A stretch of DNA of 64,000 nt from Candidatus Latescibacterota bacterium. Its GTDB lineage: Bacteria; Latescibacterota; UBA2968. Location: the NCBI GenBank assembly GCA_965204375.1, contig OZ241986.1, forward strand, positions 3,424,001 through 3,488,000, read 5' to 3'. Every line of letters begins with the position of its first letter. Within the stretch, counting starts at the first letter, position 1. The position numbers and the translations under genes were made by a program. The notes beneath the pieces were generated by a model, which saw only the letters and a program-made list of their open reading frames with translations, had not been told where the DNA came from and searched no databases. Below are positions 9,588 to 19,692 of this stretch, piece after piece.

Positions 9588-12500
9588 AGTCCGATTCTTC
9601 TGTGAAGGGAGCAGTTGTTGAAGTATTGCCGGGTGGAGATGAGGATCGAGTCAGAGTTTTTACAGAAGGAAGTATTCACACGTATTACGCTTCTCAGTTG
9701 AAAACTGAAGAGCAACTCGATGACGACTTTCAATCCCTTTCGCGTGAACAATTTCACGCCTATCTGACCGCCCTGCAAATACGGCATCCGAGCCTGTCGA
9801 AATTGTATTCACTCAATGCGGCTCGCGTTGACTTTATACCCTACCAGTTTCGTCCAGTGATGAGATTCATTCGATCAGATCGCCCGAGACTTCTAATTGC
9901 GGACGGCGTGGGTGTAGGCAAGACCATTGAGGCGGGATTAATTCTCCGGGAGTTGCAGGCCAGACGTGACATCAAATCTGTCCTTATTATATGTCCGCGC
10001 CCATTAGTGACCGAGCGCAAATGGGAGAGTGAGATGAAACGATTTGACGAGCGTTTCACTCATCTCGACGGACCCACCTTGAGATACTGTATTAAGGAAA
10101 TGGACCTGGAAGGCGTATGGCCTCAACAACACCAGCGAACAATTCTTCCTTACTCGTTATTTGACGAAGTGCTCCTTTACGGTTCAAAGAGAAGGGGCAG
10201 AGGAAAAAGCAGAAAAGGTCTGCTGGATTTGGACCCACCTCCACGATTCGATCTTGTGATTGTCGATGAAGCCCACCATATTCGCAATCAGAGTACTTAC
10301 TCGCATCAAGCCGTGCGGTTTTTCTGCGACCACGCCGAAGCCGCGATATTTCTGACTGCTACGCCTATCCAGCTTGGTAGCCATGACCTATTTGTTCTGC
10401 TAAATACGCTCCGTCCTGACCTCATCCTGGATCATGAGAGCTTTGAGCACATGGCAGAGCCGAACCCACTCATCAACCAAGCCGTGGACTATGTACGCTT
10501 GCAAGGACCGGATTGGACAACGAGGACTATAGAAGCTCTTGACCAGGCAGCCGCAACGTCTTGGGGACGAGCGATTCTCCGCAACAACCCTGAATTTAAG
10601 AGGGCCCAGGAACGACTTGCTGGAGGTCGTATTGCCGCCGATGAAAGAGTGCAACTCATCACGAATATTGAATCATTGCATACGTTCTCGGGAATTATCA
10701 ATAGGACTCGACGGCGCGATATCGGCACGTTTACCATTAGAAAACCGGAAACCGTCAACGTGCCATTTACCTTTTCACAGCAACAACTTCACGACGAGTT
10801 GCTCCAGGTACAAGCAGAGATATTCCGCAGACTCCATGGGGATATAAACGTCAAGTTCATGATGACCACTATCCGGCGGCAAGCCGCGAGTTGTTTGTAT
10901 GGACTAGCTCCTTTTCTTGAGGATATTTTGAGCCGTCATCTCGACGAATTAGAATGGGACGAAGCCGACGATATGGGATCCGTCCCATCAAGCGATGACA
11001 TTGGTTCCATCCAATCGCAAATCCAAGTGATTCTCGAGAAGGCACGATCTCTTGATCCCTATGATCCGAAGTTGGAGGCCCTTCGCAAAGTCATCCGGGA
11101 AAAACAAAGCTTACCCAACAACAAAATCATGCTATTTAGTAGCTTTCGACACACACTTGGCTATCTTTATAAACATCTCAAAGCAGATAGCATCCGCGTC
11201 GGCATGGTTCACGGCGGGACGCCCGACGAAGAGCGAATTGCTCTTCGAAGTCGTTTTGAGAAGCCACGAGAAGATAACGACACTCTCGATGTCTTATTAT
11301 TTTCGGAAATCGGTTGCGAAGGATTAGACTACCAGTTTTGCGATTGTATTGTGAATTATGATCTGCCGTGGAATCCAATGCGCGTTGAACAGCGGATTGG
11401 TCGCATTGACCGCAACGGCCAGCAGAGTGAGACCGTCGCTATTGTCAATTTGATCACTCCTGGAACAGTTGACGCAGACATTTATGAGCGTTGTCTTGTT
11501 CGCATAGGCGTGTTCAATAGTGCTCTTGGCAGCAGCGAAGAAATACTCGGGGAGATCACCAGACAGATCAAAAATATCGCGGAAAATTATTCTTTGACCG
11601 AAGAGGATCGAAGGGCCAAGTTGCAGCAGTTGGCAGATAACAAGATTCGATTGATACAAGAACAAGACCAACTGGAACAGAACCAGATGGACCTTTTCGG
11701 TATTCGTCTTCCTGAGGACCAGATGAAGAAGGAAATTGAAGACGCCTCGAGCTTTTGGTTGTCGCCGACTTCCCTGCAAAGACTCGTCACGCTCTATCTA
11801 CAGCGAAAATGCGGGAAAGATCCTGCCTTTATTCTTGGAGAGAGGCCCTTAAAAACGCTTCGTCTCTCACAAGAGGCACGCCATATTCTATTGCGTGACT
11901 TTCGGCAACTTCCCCGACAGAATACGACGGCCTATCGCGATTGGGAGAATTGGCTGAAAGGCGGAGACCCTCACTTGTCCATAACCTTTGAATCGGACTG
12001 CGCCACGCAACATCCCGAGGCCGCTTTTGTCATGCCGCTCCACCCTTTGGTAAAACAAGCAGCGAAGTCATTCGATGCGGAGGAACGAGTCACAGTGAGC
12101 CTGAAGGCACAATCCAATGAAGTACCTGCCGGTCATTATGAATTTGCCATTTACCAGTGGCGGTTTCAGGGCATACGGGAGGATTTGATGCTCAAGCCAA
12201 TTGCCTCATCAGAGGCCGTAACGCCACATTTGAGCTATCTTCTTGAGAAAGCCGTAGATTCAGATAATCAGAACGAAAGCAACGCTACCGTATGGGATGA
12301 ATTAGACAGTCATCATTACAAGTTGTGGTCAGAGGAACGCACAGATCATCAGCAACGAAATCAGGAGTTAGCGAAGTACCGCAAAGAGAGCCTGTCAACG
12401 AGCCACCAAGCACGCATGGCACTTCTTAGAGAACAGCTTGAACAGGCAAGTGACGAAAAAATACAAAGGATGCGCCAATCACAGATCAAGAGAGCAGTCG

Positions 12501-12604
12501 CCGACTACAATAGACGCATCCAAGAGATTGACATTGCTCTGGAGAAAGCGGATATTATCGCTGAGCCAGTGGCGTATGGCACCTTAACCATAGAGGATAC
12601 ATAA
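9548..12604 (+). CDS. SNF2/RapA-like helicase-translocase
   Basis: PYQ, LLIADGVGVGKT, DEAHH, LTATP, EGLDYQFC, NYDLPWNPMRVEQRIGRIDR; coiled-coil C-terminus. Confidence 0.93.
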   Translation: MEMEFSQGQIVVLKSDSSVKGAVVEVLPGGDEDRVRVFTEGSIHTYYASQLKTEEQLDDDFQSLSREQFHAYLTALQIRHPSLSKLYSLNAARVDFIPYQFRPVMRFIRSDRPRLLIADGVGVGKTIEAGLILRELQARRDIKSVLIICPRPLVTERKWESEMKRFDERFTHLDGPTLRYCIKEMDLEGVWPQQHQRTILPYSLFDEVLLYGSKRRGRGKSRKGLLDLDPPPRFDLVIVDEAHHIRNQSTYSHQAVRFFCDHAEAAIFLTATPIQLGSHDLFVLLNTLRPDLILDHESFEHMAEPNPLINQAVDYVRLQGPDWTTRTIEALDQAAATSWGRAILRNNPEFKRAQERLAGGRIAADERVQLITNIESLHTFSGIINRTRRRDIGTFTIRKPETVNVPFTFSQQQLHDELLQVQAEIFRRLHGDINVKFMMTTIRRQAASCLYGLAPFLEDILSRHLDELEWDEADDMGSVPSSDDIGSIQSQIQVILEKARSLDPYDPKLEALRKVIREKQSLPNNKIMLFSSFRHTLGYLYKHLKADSIRVGMVHGGTPDEERIALRSRFEKPREDNDTLDVLLFSEIGCEGLDYQFCDCIVNYDLPWNPMRVEQRIGRIDRNGQQSETVAIVNLITPGTVDADIYERCLVRIGVFNSALGSSEEILGEITRQIKNIAENYSLTEEDRRAKLQQLADNKIRLIQEQDQLEQNQMDLFGIRLPEDQMKKEIEDASSFWLSPTSLQRLVTLYLQRKCGKDPAFILGERPLKTLRLSQEARHILLRDFRQLPRQNTTAYRDWENWLKGGDPHLSITFESDCATQHPEAAFVMPLHPLVKQAAKSFDAEERVTVSLKAQSNEVPAGHYEFAIYQWRFQGIREDLMLKPIASSEAVTPHLSYLLEKAVDSDNQNESNATVWDELDSHHYKLWSEERTDHQQRNQELAKYRKESLSTSHQARMALLREQLEQASDEKIQRMRQSQIKRAVADYNRRIQEIDIALEKADIIAEPVAYGTLTIEDT

Positions 12605-12605
12605 G

Positions 12606-13214
12606 ATGGATAATTACGATCCTTTCCAAACAGTCCATCAGTTAAGAGCTTGGGTTGAAGAATCGCTTTCATCTCCAGATACAGTGGCGACAGCAACGAC
12701 TAGATACCGCGAAATCATAAAGGTAATTGACCAGTTAAAAAAACTGGACATACCCATATCACCAGACATAAAATCAGAAAAAAAATCTCTTGAAGAATTT
12801 ATTAGTGCTTCGGAAAAAATAAAAAAACTGACTGATTTGGCGAATGAACTTTCAACCTTATCAAGAGACATCAACCGCCATCTAAGAAAACTCAAGGGCG
12901 GAAAAACATCTTCCCAAAAACTACGGGTTATATTTTCCGATGGAATGGTTATTTTTGAAAACAAGGCAGTAGATACGTTTATCAAGTCTTTCCAATATAT
13001 TGGCTTAGAGCATGTTTCGGAATTGAAATCGATCAGAAGCCATGGTGGCCATCCGATTGTATCGCGTGAAGAAAATGAGTCAGCAGGACAGGTGCGAGAA
13101 ATAGATGGATACTTTATTGAAACGCATTCTAGCACAGAACAGAAGGCAAGATATATTCAAGATGTTGCCAAAGCACTTCATCTTGAAATTTCAGTTGAGC
13201 TTATAGATTCGTAG
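12606..13214 (+). CDS. Hypothetical protein: N-terminal coiled coil, C-terminal SeqA-C-like putative DNA-binding domain
   Basis: AT-rich ORF 1 nt after the SNF2 stop; GYFIETHSSTEQKARYIQDV resembles SeqA PYWVITNTNTGRKCSMIEHI. Confidence 0.6.
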   Translation: MDNYDPFQTVHQLRAWVEESLSSPDTVATATTRYREIIKVIDQLKKLDIPISPDIKSEKKSLEEFISASEKIKKLTDLANELSTLSRDINRHLRKLKGGKTSSQKLRVIFSDGMVIFENKAVDTFIKSFQYIGLEHVSELKSIRSHGGHPIVSREENESAGQVREIDGYFIETHSSTEQKARYIQDVAKALHLEISVELIDS

Positions 13215-13257
13215 GTACTCGGTGAGATTAGGAATAATTTCAAAATAAGGAGGTATC

Positions 13258-16200
13258 ATGCCGAGTGATTATAAAAAAATACGAGATGACAATATACGTC
13301 GGCGTGGCGAAGAATTTGACGATATTGGACAACTCATCTCGGAACAGTTATACAGCGATAGATCTCATTTCGTATATGAGTTACTACAAAACGCCGAAGA
13401 TGCTTTAGAGAGACGCTTTGGACAATATCCTAACGACCATTCCCCCTGTGCAGTTCAGTTTCGACTTTTCTGTGACAGACTTGAGTTTAGACATTTCGGC
13501 GTACCGTTTAACGAAGAAGATGTTAGAGGAATATCTGATGTCTTAAAAGGAACCAAGAAAGAAGATTTTATTCAAATTGGCAAGTTTGGTATCGGATTCA
13601 AGTCAGTTTATGCGTTTACAGCTTCCCCAGAAATCCATTCTGGCGATGAACATTTTGTTATCAAACGATATATCAGACCTGAAGCGAAAGAGCCAACACA
13701 CAGCCTTTCAATAGCATCCGGTGAGACTGTCTTCGTTTTTCCATTCGATCATAAAAATTTATCCGCCAAACAAGCTTTTAATCTCATTTTAAATAAATTG
13801 CGAGATCTTGGACCGAGAGTATTGCTATTCTTGAGACGAATTGACGAAATCAAATGGAGCGTCGAGCCGGATGGAGAAAAGGGACAGTACCTGAAGGAAA
13901 GAAAAAAAGATAATATTTGTAAAACCGCGCACCGTGTTACTGTAATTGGCGAGAAAAATGATCAGGATGAGGAGGAAAATTGGCTGCTCTTTGAGCGTAG
14001 TGTGATGGCTCCCGATAATAGTAACTATGTCCATATTGAGGTAGGATTCAAACTTGAAGTCAACCAAGAAGATAATACTGAGTTTATAAAAAAAATTAAC
14101 GACTCGCCATTGGTTGTCTATTTCCCGACAAAAAAAGATACAAGAATGGGCTTCTTGATTCAGGGGCCATATCGCACAACGCCAGCACGCAACGATATTC
14201 TAGAAAATGATGATTGGAATAAAAAGCTAATTGAAGAAACTGCTGAGCTGGTTGTTGAAGCACTGAGACAGTTAAAGAAGATGGGTTTGCTGTCAGTCTC
14301 TCTTTTGGAAGCCTTACCAATTAGGTGTTCAGATAGTCAGTATTACTATAGCAATGGTGGTTACTACGGAGATTTTTACCTCATCTTCACAAAAGTGCGC
14401 AAAGCACTTATGAAAAAGGAACTACTCCCGGCTAATGACGGCACGTTTATCGCTGCCCGGAACGCTAAACTCGTCCGTGGTGCTGCACTTATGAAGATTT
14501 TGAATCAAGAACAACTTAGTGCATTGTTTCAATCGGATAATGAGATCAAGTGGCTGTCGGATGAAATCACCCAAGACCGCACACCCGATCTGCGGTCTTA
14601 TTTGATGCAAGAACTCGAGGTCGAAGAAGTTGACCCGGAAGTGTTCGCACGCAATCTATTTAAACAATTTCTTGCCACCCAAGACGACGAATGGTTCATT
14701 AGGTTCTATGAATTCTTGTCTGGACAAAACGCATTGTGGCAACACTCGTGGAGTGTTCTCCGAAACAAACCCATTCTGCGTCTTCAAGATGGGTCTCACG
14801 TCAATCCATTCCAGTATGACGGCTCGCCAAACGCATCCTTAGCCATTGGAACGGATACCGAAACTTTGTTGCCAATCGTAAAAATAACTCTCTCGTCGGA
14901 TGAAAAAGTCCAAAAATTCCTACAAGAGTTGGGCGTTCCGAAGTTGGATATTGTCGAAGAGGTAATCAGGGAAATACTACCGAAATATGCGGACGATTCA
15001 GTAAGGATTGACCCTGACGAGAACAAACACGATCTCAGAAAAATTGAGCGGGCATACAAAACGGATTCCCAAGGGAAGAAAGAGCGGCTTCAGGAACAAT
15101 TGCGGGCAACACCATTCATTCTTGCAGAGTGTCCCAGTTTGGGAAAAACAATCTATCGCAAGCCAGATCAAGTCTATTTTGGAAGCGATGATTTGTGTAT
15201 GTATTTCTCCAGCAATGATTCTTTTGCCTGTGTCAACCCAGACCATCCCCAATCTACATTGTTACAAGACTTGGAAGTTAGCAAAACCGTAAGGATACAC
15301 CGGAGAGAGAAGAATGGGGAAGGAAACGTCAACATCGAAAGTCGTCACGGTCATCACAAAAGAGGACTCAATGGATTTGATCCTGGTATGCGTATTGACG
15401 GTTTGGAATGTGCAATGGCTAATCCAAATCCAAAAAAAAGTACATTTATCTGGAATGAAATAGCTATCCGCAATTCTGATTGCATTCGCGGAATTGTGGA
15501 AATATCAACAAGGCAATCTTATGAGCGTAGTGACAGAAACCCGCAAATATCCGAATTTGGCAAGTTATTGACTGCAAATGAATGGCTGCCGGACTCTAAT
15601 GGAAATATGCATACACCGAGCGAACTTACCCTTGATGATCTGCCTGAATCATTCGTCCGCGATGAGAAATTAGCGGATCAACTTGGTATGAAGAAGAATG
15701 TCGTTGCAAAACTTGCGGAAGAAGTTGGCATTTCAACTGAGGATATTGAACTATTAACAAAAGACCCCGAAGGATTCAGACAGTGGAAAGCTGAAAGAGA
15801 ATTAAAAGAAAAAAAACCAGAATTTCCTGAAAGAGTTTCTGCTAACCCTGAACGCCGAAAGAAGCAACTTAGGAATCAAGTGAAAGACGACTCAGAGAAG
15901 GATTACGAGAGAAAAAAAAGAAGCGTTCGAACAACCAGAAAAACTATTGATCCTCCCTTATATCTCAAAGAGAATTACACTAATAATGCAGATCAATTGA
16001 TATGCCAGATGTGCAAAGAGGAGATGCCCTTCAAGAAGCGCGATGGTGAGTATTACTTTGAGGCAGTGGAGGCACTTTCTGGAGACTATTTTCGTAAGGA
16101 ACACGAGGCACAGTTTCTGGCTTTATGTCCAGAGTGTGCAGCGAGGTACAAAGAATTTGTGAAGCATGATGAAAGTGCCCTGAGCAAGTTGCATCATGCC

Positions 16201-16419
16201 CTGAAGGATTCGAACCGGCCAGCAGTATCGCTGAAATTGGGAGAGTTGGGAACAAGTCTCCGATTTGTGGAGATCCACTGGCAAGATATGAAAACGATTT
16301 TACAGGTACAGCCCGTGGACAAGAGTGACACCTGGAGTGAACAAGACAAAAAAGACTTAACCACAGCCTCCTTAAAGTACGCGGCGACACTTTATCCAGA
16401 GGAGGAGGATCTTGTTTAA
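13258..16419 (+). CDS. Sacsin-like GHKL ATPase with C-terminal CxxC...CxxC (HNH-like) domain
   Basis: YELLQNAEDA, IGKFGIGFKSVY, YFPT, FLIQGPYRTTPAR; C-terminal ICQMC...LALCPECAA; RBS AAGGAGG. Confidence 0.85.
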   Translation: MPSDYKKIRDDNIRRRGEEFDDIGQLISEQLYSDRSHFVYELLQNAEDALERRFGQYPNDHSPCAVQFRLFCDRLEFRHFGVPFNEEDVRGISDVLKGTKKEDFIQIGKFGIGFKSVYAFTASPEIHSGDEHFVIKRYIRPEAKEPTHSLSIASGETVFVFPFDHKNLSAKQAFNLILNKLRDLGPRVLLFLRRIDEIKWSVEPDGEKGQYLKERKKDNICKTAHRVTVIGEKNDQDEEENWLLFERSVMAPDNSNYVHIEVGFKLEVNQEDNTEFIKKINDSPLVVYFPTKKDTRMGFLIQGPYRTTPARNDILENDDWNKKLIEETAELVVEALRQLKKMGLLSVSLLEALPIRCSDSQYYYSNGGYYGDFYLIFTKVRKALMKKELLPANDGTFIAARNAKLVRGAALMKILNQEQLSALFQSDNEIKWLSDEITQDRTPDLRSYLMQELEVEEVDPEVFARNLFKQFLATQDDEWFIRFYEFLSGQNALWQHSWSVLRNKPILRLQDGSHVNPFQYDGSPNASLAIGTDTETLLPIVKITLSSDEKVQKFLQELGVPKLDIVEEVIREILPKYADDSVRIDPDENKHDLRKIERAYKTDSQGKKERLQEQLRATPFILAECPSLGKTIYRKPDQVYFGSDDLCMYFSSNDSFACVNPDHPQSTLLQDLEVSKTVRIHRREKNGEGNVNIESRHGHHKRGLNGFDPGMRIDGLECAMANPNPKKSTFIWNEIAIRNSDCIRGIVEISTRQSYERSDRNPQISEFGKLLTANEWLPDSNGNMHTPSELTLDDLPESFVRDEKLADQLGMKKNVVAKLAEEVGISTEDIELLTKDPEGFRQWKAERELKEKKPEFPERVSANPERRKKQLRNQVKDDSEKDYERKKRSVRTTRKTIDPPLYLKENYTNNADQLICQMCKEEMPFKKRDGEYYFEAVEALSGDYFRKEHEAQFLALCPECAARYKEFVKHDESALSKLHHALKDSNRPAVSLKLGELGTSLRFVEIHWQDMKTILQVQPVDKSDTWSEQDKKDLTTASLKYAATLYPEEEDLV

Positions 16420-16753
16420 GCCGGGAGACGTAGTGGTACTTGACTTTCCTGGCGTGACGGGTACCAAACGCCGACCATCCGTAGTTGTTTCCTCTCCAGT
16501 TTATCATGCCTCGCGGCCTGATGTGATTGTTGGCCTGATTACAAGTCAAACTGCGGAATTTGGTCCTACGGACTATGTATTGCAAGATTGGTCGCAGGCT
16601 GGCTTGAGGATTCCCTCTGTTTTTCGCAGTTTTTTCGCTACTATACCTTCCGCTACCCATCCTACGGTTGTCGGCCATCTATCTAACCGCGATTGGCAGG
16701 GCGTATGTGCGTGTGTAAGAATTGCTCTGGAGCCATTGTCTTCCTCAGAGTGA
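16412..16753 (+). CDS. PemK/MazF-family toxin
   Basis: KPGDVVVLDFP...KRRPSVVVS...GLITS; TTG start overlapping the upstream stop. Confidence 0.85.
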   Translation: MFKPGDVVVLDFPGVTGTKRRPSVVVSSPVYHASRPDVIVGLITSQTAEFGPTDYVLQDWSQAGLRIPSVFRSFFATIPSATHPTVVGHLSNRDWQGVCACVRIALEPLSSSE

Positions 16754-16847
16754 TCGGATATCCCACCAACAACAGAGACACATAATGGCGCGGAAAGCAA
16801 TGAGAGAGTCAAAACCATTGTCCTCGATCTCCTTTAAGAGAACGGCC

Positions 16848-17114
16848 ATGCCCTATACTGATTATACGTCCCAGGAAGTCGCATCACGCGGTGAAGCAAT
16901 ATATGTGCATATCCGGGACAAAGTGGATCCCAAGCACAAAGGCAAGTTTTTGGTCATAGACATTGAAACAGGGGAATACGAAATCAACGCTGACGATTTA
17001 GTCGCTACAAAACAGCTACTTGCCAAACATCCCAATGCAGTCATTTACGGTTTGCGAATTGGATTCCCAACCGCCTACCGCATCGGGAGTAGTTTTATTG
17101 AACCGGATATCTGA
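16848..17114 (+). CDS. Small conserved hypothetical protein (DUF5678-like, usually beside a clan AA aspartic protease)
   Basis: RGEAIY...GKFLVIDIETGEYEI...LRIG pattern. Confidence 0.6.
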   Translation: MPYTDYTSQEVASRGEAIYVHIRDKVDPKHKGKFLVIDIETGEYEINADDLVATKQLLAKHPNAVIYGLRIGFPTAYRIGSSFIEPDI

Positions 17115-17116
17115 CT

Positions 17117-17833
17117 TCACTCAAAGAACCCCTCATCGTGGGGTCGCAAATCGATCTCGAAACCCCAGGCACCTTTGTCCTGTTGCACCAGGCTCCAATA
17201 GGCATCAGCCACGGCGTCGATATTCATGAGAGGTTCGCTCTCCTCGACATCTCCTCTCTCGTGCAATAGAGGAGTATCCAGCACCCCATCTATGATAACG
17301 TGGGCCACGTGAATGCCTTCGGGCCACAGCTCGCGGGCCAACGCCCAGGCTAAACCGCGCACTGCAAACTTGGCACTACTGAAAGCAAGGGCACCTGCCC
17401 GGCCCCGAATGGACGAGGTGGCTCCGGTGAAAAGGATAGCGCCACTGCCCGCAGATAGCATATCGCCAGCCGCTTCCCTGGCGCATAGAAAGGAGCCGTA
17501 GGCACACACGCGCCAGGATTGCTCAAACTCATCCGGAGTCAGTTCGTGGAACCCTTTCCAGGCAGCATTGCCGGCGTGGTTGATCAGGACATCAACCGGA
17601 CCCAGTTCCTCGCGCACCCGGGCAAAACTCCGGGTCACCTGCTGGGGATCGGTGATATCCGTGGGTACAGCTAAAGCTCTCACACCTTCTTGCAGCAGTT
17701 CTTCAGCCAGTCTCTGGATATAATCAGGGGACCGGGCCAGCAATCCCACCTGATAGCCTTCGCTTGCAAACTTCCTCACCAACGCGGCACCTAAACCAGA
17801 GCCGACCCCTGAAATAACAGCCGTTTTGGACAT
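17117..17833 (-). CDS. Short-chain dehydrogenase/reductase
   Basis: SGVGSGLG, INHAGN, TGATSS, FSSAKF, HVAHVIIDG. Confidence 0.9.
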   Translation of the reverse strand: MSKTAVISGVGSGLGAALVRKFASEGYQVGLLARSPDYIQRLAEELLQEGVRALAVPTDITDPQQVTRSFARVREELGPVDVLINHAGNAAWKGFHELTPDEFEQSWRVCAYGSFLCAREAAGDMLSAGSGAILFTGATSSIRGRAGALAFSSAKFAVRGLAWALARELWPEGIHVAHVIIDGVLDTPLLHERGDVEESEPLMNIDAVADAYWSLVQQDKGAWGFEIDLRPHDEGFFE

Positions 17834-17849
17834 AGTAATCTCCTTTTTT

Positions 17850-18878
17850 TTACAGATCTTGCGCCCCCATCGGATGCGGACCATGGGTCATCACGCCCTG
17901 TCGCGCGTGGGCATAAACCGCATCTTGAATCTCGAGAATACGCACCGCATCAACAATCGTCGGCTCAAACGCATTGCCCTCACGGCTCGCATCTAACGCC
18001 GTACCCATCACGCGCTGCATGCGCTCGCCGTGCGAAATATCCTCGCTAAACTGGACGCCCTCAGTCGTGTGAACCTCAATCAAAGGCTCGCCATTGCGGC
18101 CGTACTGCTCAAAAACCGAAGCCTTTGTACCGATAAATCTAAAAAAATGATCGCCACTGCGCGTACCCGCCGGATAAGAATAACCAGACTCAACAATCCC
18201 GGTAATACCGTCATCCGTCCGCAACACGCCGACACCGCTATCCTCCACACCCCGGCTATACATCGCATTGGACATCACCGCACCAACAACGGAAATATGC
18301 CGATCACCAACAAATTGCAAAAACGTATCAATCCCATGCGCCGCCTCAACTGCCCAGCAGCCACCACCGGAAATACCCGGATCATTGTGCCACGCTGACG
18401 GCGTCGGATCATAGCGGGACGGAGGCCCGTTATTCAACCTGCTGTTATACAGCACCAAATCGCCCAAACTACCATCTGCCACCATATCTTCCACCACGCG
18501 GACAATTCGGCTCGCGCGATTGGGCAGCACCAGCGCACTGAACACACCGTACTTCTCCGACGCCTCCGCAGCGGGACGCAAGCGATCAGCACAATCGGCA
18601 AACGGCTTATCCAGAAGATAGGGAACGCGCCGATCGACACACGCCTGCACATGAGACGGCATCTCAACGTGTTTCCCCGCGACAAGCGCCGCATCTGGCT
18701 GGCACGCATCGAGACACGCACCTGCCGACTCAAACCCACGGCATTGAAACTCATCCGCCAACTGTTGCCGAGGACCTGCATCACCATCCATAACACCGAC
18801 AATATCGTGACCGAGACCGTGCGCTGTACGCGCCATACCGCGACCGTGGTGACTATAGGAAAGAACGACCAGTTTCAT
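17850..18878 (-). CDS. Gfo/Idh/MocA family oxidoreductase
   Basis: LLDKPFA, SGGGCWAVEAAHGID, VEDSG. Confidence 0.85.
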   Translation of the reverse strand: MKLVVLSYSHHGRGMARTAHGLGHDIVGVMDGDAGPRQQLADEFQCRGFESAGACLDACQPDAALVAGKHVEMPSHVQACVDRRVPYLLDKPFADCADRLRPAAEASEKYGVFSALVLPNRASRIVRVVEDMVADGSLGDLVLYNSRLNNGPPSRYDPTPSAWHNDPGISGGGCWAVEAAHGIDTFLQFVGDRHISVVGAVMSNAMYSRGVEDSGVGVLRTDDGITGIVESGYSYPAGTRSGDHFFRFIGTKASVFEQYGRNGEPLIEVHTTEGVQFSEDISHGERMQRVMGTALDASREGNAFEPTIVDAVRILEIQDAVYAHARQGVMTHGPHPMGAQDL

Positions 18879-18893
18879 GCATTTTCTCCCTTC

Positions 18894-19670
18894 TCAATCC
18901 AACGCCACAATAGACCGGCACAGTTCTTTACCGCGCTCTGACAGAGAATTGTAAATCGCGCGGGGCATATCGCCATCTCGTCCGGGTCGGCGAAACCAGG
19001 GCGCGTAATAGCCCACACTCGTCATAATACGCACATCCCGAGACATATTGGCCGTACCCCCGTGCCAGCAGCGCACATCTCGAAAAATCGCCGACTTGCT
19101 CGGCGCGCAAGCCACGGAATGCTTCATCCAATCGGGTTCATCCTCCGGACTGGGAATCGGCTGGCGCGAGCGATGGGTGCCGCGGATAAATCGCGTAGCC
19201 CCATTCTCCACACTAAAATCAATCATCGGAAAATTAACCACAATAAACGGCACCGGAACATCCATAATCGTCACCCGCTGCTCGGGATCATTGATCACAT
19301 CGGACATATCGCGATGAAGTTGCTGAATTTTTGCACCCGGCAGCGAATAATCGCCGCCAGCACCACTGCACACAAACTGATTACTATTGAAAATAGCTTC
19401 AATAATAGGTAGAATAGTAGGCAGATCAACCAGCATCGCCCATTCGGGATGATGGATCTGCGAACCAAATGAATAACGCGCAAACCCCCTGTTCGCCTTC
19501 TCCAGTGGAATCGCGCTCGTCTGCTCCGCAACAACGCGATGCGCGCCATCCTTCAAAAAAGCGAACTGTTCATCGGTCAGCGCATCCGTCACAACAGCAA
19601 GCCCATCGCGGTGAAAAACAGAGGCTGCGCGGTCAACTTCTGACGGTTCAATAAATTCGAGATCGAGCAT
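18894..19670 (-). CDS. Phytanoyl-CoA dioxygenase (PhyH) family protein
   Basis: FHRDG, QQLHRD (HxD), ENGATRFIRGTH, WHGG..N..R. Confidence 0.9.
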   Translation of the reverse strand: MLDLEFIEPSEVDRAASVFHRDGLAVVTDALTDEQFAFLKDGAHRVVAEQTSAIPLEKANRGFARYSFGSQIHHPEWAMLVDLPTILPIIEAIFNSNQFVCSGAGGDYSLPGAKIQQLHRDMSDVINDPEQRVTIMDVPVPFIVVNFPMIDFSVENGATRFIRGTHRSRQPIPSPEDEPDWMKHSVACAPSKSAIFRDVRCWHGGTANMSRDVRIMTSVGYYAPWFRRPGRDGDMPRAIYNSLSERGKELCRSIVALD

Positions 19671-19692
19671 AACATCTCCAAAGGAGGTTGTT

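Noticed and set aside
9548-12604. Calling the SNF2 gene DISARM drmD or rapA
   Set aside because: No drmABC or methyltransferase neighbours, and the C-terminal region is not recognisably RapA
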